Shown in pieces: positions 60,560-64,000 of a stretch of DNA of 64,000 bases (within the stretch, counting starts at the first letter, position 1; each line of letters starts with the position of its first letter). The DNA lies in the NCBI GenBank assembly GCA_038087875.1, contig CM075980.1:28644001-28708000 (forward strand). The letters are read 5' to 3'. The DNA is from Malacoraja senta (taxonomy: Eukaryota). Position numbers and translations under genes: made by a program. The notes under the pieces were generated by a model. It made no database searches. It had not been told where the DNA came from and saw only the letters and a program-made list of their open reading frames with translations.

Positions 60560-60830
60560 TTATTATTGAGTGTTTGAGGATTTTTCTTTATTATAGAGAG
60601 AATTCTTCTGCCATCAGCTGTGGAGGTCTTCCTTGGCCTGCCAGTCCCTTTGCGATTAGTAAGCTCACCAGTGCTCTCTTTCATCTTAATGGTGTTCCAA
60701 ACAGTCAAATTTCATAAGCCTAAGGTTTGGCTGATATCTCTAACAGTTTTATTCTTGTTTCTCAATCTCATAATGGCTTCTTTGACTTTCATTGGCACAA
60801 CTTTGGTCTTCATGTTGATAATTGATAAAC
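60560..60830 (-). pseudogene. Second Tc1 family, transposase N-terminal fragment
   Basis: MKTKVVPMKVKEAIMRLRNKNKTVRDISQTLGL...TVWNTIKMKESTGELTNRKGTGRPRKTS (paired-like HTH and GRPR motif). Confidence 0.8.
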
Positions 60831-61490
60831 AGCAATAAAAGTTTCTAAAGTTGATAGAAAGACTAGAGGAAAGACTAGGTGCTGAGAGCTCTCTTATATC
60901 TGCATTAAGGAGGCAATTAAACACACCTGAGCAATTACAAATGCCTGTGAAGCCATGTCCCAAACATTATGGTGCCCTGAAATGGGGGGACTATGTATAA
61001 ACACAACTGTAATTTCTAAATGCTGAAACTAAAATGTATAAAAAAAACTTTTAATAAAATCTGACAATGTGCACTTTAACCACCTGTGATTTTTTTCTAT
61101 TACAAATCTCAAATTGTGGAGTACAGAGGCTTAAATAAATGATAGGTCTTTGTCCCAAACATTATGGAGGGCACTGTATATAGTGGAAAACATTTTTTTT
61201 TAATCTTTATCGTTCATTTGTTTACTTTGAAGATTTTTTTACAGATCAGGCCCAGAACTTGCGGAAATCCTTGGCTCATACTTTAAGAAATCATTCCCAT
61301 AAAACATTTTGGAAGGGGAGCCTTACAGTGATGGTACAGTTATTTTTGGATTGGTTTCAGGAAAATATGTTTTTATTAACCAATGAAACTAGTTACACAC
61401 ATGCCTAAAAACCACAATTGCATGAATAAATATATGCATAATTAAAAAAAAATTCAGATCTTGTCTCAAAACATGAATAGAATGCAGAAT

Positions 61491-61812
61491 GTTTAGTATA
61501 GTTTAGTTTAGTTTAGAGATGCAGCGCGGAAACAGGCCCTTCGGCCCACCGAGTTCATGCCGACCAGCGATCTCTGCACACTAACAGCACCCGACACACA
61601 ATAGGGACAATTTACAATTTTACCAAGCCAATTAGCCGACATACCTATACGTCTTTGGAGTGTGGAAGGAAACGAGAGCTCCCGGAGTAAACCAGCGCAG
61701 ATCACATAGACAACGCACAAACTCTGTACAGACAGCACCCGTAGTCAGGATCAAACCCGGGTCTCTGGTGCTGTATGGCAGCAACTCTACCACTGTGCCA
61801 CCGTGCCACCCC
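61491..61812 (-). mobile_element. tRNA-derived SINE (HE1/V-SINE-like), near full length
   Basis: Minus strand has an A box TGGCACAGTGG, a B box GGTTTGATCC, and the 3' tail gggccgaagggcctgtttccgcgctg + (ctaaa)n. Confidence 0.85.
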
Positions 61813-61850
61813 GTGGCAGTGCCATGTAATTAATATCATTAAGCTTGTTG

Positions 61851-62100
61851 TCGTATTGTGTCTCAATGTCTGTAACTCATTTTTACCTTGCCCACAGCTA
61901 ACAATGGTCTGTTTCCTTTATCGCCATTACTTCTTTGCATATCTTTCATCCATTTGTTCTATATCTCTCTATAACACCGTCTATATCTCTCGTTTCCCTT
62001 TCCCCTGACTCTCAGTCTGAGGAGGGGTCTTGACCTGAAAGGTCACTTATTCTCAGGCGTCTGACCCACTGAGTTACTCCAGCTTTTTCCGTCTATCTAC
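61851..62100 (+). mobile_element. Penelope-type element with TSD and hammerhead-like core
   Basis: Flanked by cattaagcttg at 61837-61847 and 62101-62111. Core CTGAGGA-g-gggtc-tt-gacct-GAAA-g-GTC at 62017-62044. Confidence 0.75.
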
Positions 62101-62510
62101 CATTAAGCTTGCTGCTGGGTGCAGGATATGGATATCATGATATGTTTTATTCATGTTATTGTGACTGTCATTTCTTGTCTTTGTCTTGTGAGTTTCTGTC
62201 TTGCAATATCTGGACCAACACACTTGAACATACATGTTTGGGATCCAGAAAATGGGGACAAAGAGTTCATATTAATAGACCACCACCACCAAGAGTTATA
62301 GATCCCACTGCCAGTTCTCCAAGAAGCAGAATATCTGAAGGCTAAGGTTTTTGAAGTCAAGTTATTCTAGACAGTGTTCCAGCATAAATGTGTGTGGGCT
62401 AGTCTGGGTTGCCTGGAGTCAAGATCAATGTTACTCTGAACTTTTTAGCCTCTGTACATTGTAGGCACATCGTGTAATCAATGCCAGTAAGCTTGCTGCT
62501 GGTTGCAGTA

Positions 62511-63520
62511 CATAACCATATAACCATAACAGCATGGAAACAGGCCATCTCAGCCCTTCAAGTCCGTGCCGAACACTTTTTTTTCCTTCCTTCCCCCCCC
62601 CCCTTCTTTCTTCTCCCTAGCCCCATCTACCTGCACTCAGATCATAACCCTCCATTCCTTTCCCGTCCATATACCCATCCAATCTATTTTTAAAGGATAA
62701 ATTCAAACCTGCCTCCACCACTTCCACTGGAAGCTCATTTCACACAGCTACCACTCTCTGAGTAAATAAGTTCCCCCTAATGTTACCCCTAAACTTCTGT
62801 CCCTTAATTCTCAAGTCATGTCCCCTTGTTTGAATCTTCCCTATTCTCAATGGGAAAAGCTTATCCACGTCAACTCTGTCTAACCCGCTCATAATTTTAA
62901 AGACCTCTATCAAGTCCCCTCTTAACCTTCTGCGCTCCAAGGAATAAAGACCTAACTTGTTCAACCTTTCTCTGTAACTTAGTTGCTGAAACCCAGGCAA
63001 CATTCTAGTAAATCTCCTCTGTACTCTCTCTATTTTGTTGACATCCTTCCTATAAATAGGCGACCAAAATTGTACTGCATACTCCAGAATTGGCCTCACC
63101 AATGCCTTGTACAATTTTAACATTACATCCCAACTTCTATATTCAATGCTCTGATTTATAAAGGCCAGCACACCAAAAGCTTTCTTTACCACCCTATCTA
63201 CATGAGATTCCACCTTCAGGGAACTATGCACAGTTATTCCTAGATCCCTCTGTTCAACTGCATTCCTCAATTCTCTACCATTTACCATGTACGTCCTATT
63301 TTGATTTGTCCTGCCGAGATGTAGCACCTCACATTTATCAGCATTAAACTCCATCTGCCATCTTTCAGCCCACTCTTCCAAATGGCCTAAATCTCTCTGT
63401 AGACTTTGAAAATCTACTTAATTATCCACAACACCACCTATCTTAGTATCATCTGCATACTTACTAATCCAATTTTCCACACCATCATCCAGATCATTGA
63501 TGTACATGACAAACAACATG
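62511..63520 (-). mobile_element. CR1-clade LINE, 5'-truncated (RT C-terminus and 3' UTR), relatively young
   Basis: Open ORF 62740-63381 reads WAERWQMEFNADKCEVLHLG...LYKALVRPILEYAVQFWSP...LERRRLRGDLIEVFKI, with KYADDTK just upstream. (ccataa)n tail. GTACAT at both junctions. Confidence 0.92.
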
Positions 63521-64000
63521 TACATGGATATCATGATGTGCTTCATTCATGGGAGAGAAACCTCATTGTTTTTCTCTAGTGCAGGGAGTTGGAAACGGAG
63601 CAAGCACATGGAATCATGAGGGGTTCTGGGTTGCCTGAAGTCAAAGTGCTCTTATGTCTCGTCTTTGCATCAAGATTTGGAAATTATTGATAAAGAGCGA
63701 ATCGTGAGCACATGATGCTATTCAGACCAGGGGTGAGTGGGACTCACGATGAGTGGCAGAGAACAAAATCATGAAGAGTATTCAATCCAAAGGCCAATAT
63801 TTTCCATAATCTCTTTCATTTTGGAATATTTTCTTCTAATTTTCAGGTCAAATATGAATGAGACCGTTGAAGTGTAATCAGCCTTCTGCTCAAACTGTGA
63901 ACTTTCCTTTTTATGTGGGATGAATAAACAGCTCTTTGTTTCTTTCATTTTGCCCACAATTTTCTATTAAGATCTGTTGTAATGAAGAAATGCTTCCTTA

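Larger units (their letters stand above)
57359..61176. mobile_element. Composite, rearranged Tc1/mariner transposon region (two Tc1 families, internal tandem duplication)
   Basis: Ends are TA|CAGTGCATTCAGAAAGTATTCAGACCCC and ATGGAGGGCACTG|TA. DD34E motifs [15 protein letters not shown] and NPIE are present. Confidence 0.9.

Noticed and set aside
61740-61812. tRNA-like A and B boxes
   Set aside because: This is the head of a SINE and has no complete cloverleaf, so it is not a tRNA gene.

Overview
Vertebrate genomic DNA. The repeat content (HE1-like V-SINEs, a DeuSINE remnant, Penelope-type short elements) points to a cartilaginous fish, probably a skate or ray; this is an inference. The only host protein-coding gene is a complete TBX3 on the minus strand: 7 coding exons from 13845 to 6297, all introns GT-AG, 2154 nt, 717 aa. 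Its core promoter lies at about 14040-14100 and its 3' UTR runs to about 5510. Downstream (2.2-4.1 kb) is a cluster of same-orientation CTCF-like motifs. Upstream is gene desert: to about 39 kb it is CpG-retaining and poor in long transposons, and from about 40 kb it is CpG-depleted and full of LINE, SINE and DNA-transposon remnants (CR1, Rex/Babar, L1/Tx1, hAT-type, a rearranged Tc1 composite). The most notable non-genic signal is a family of short, TSD-bounded, often palindromic insertions carrying a minimal hammerhead-ribozyme core. There is one assembly gap (34652-34780). All calls were made by eye; no database search was run.
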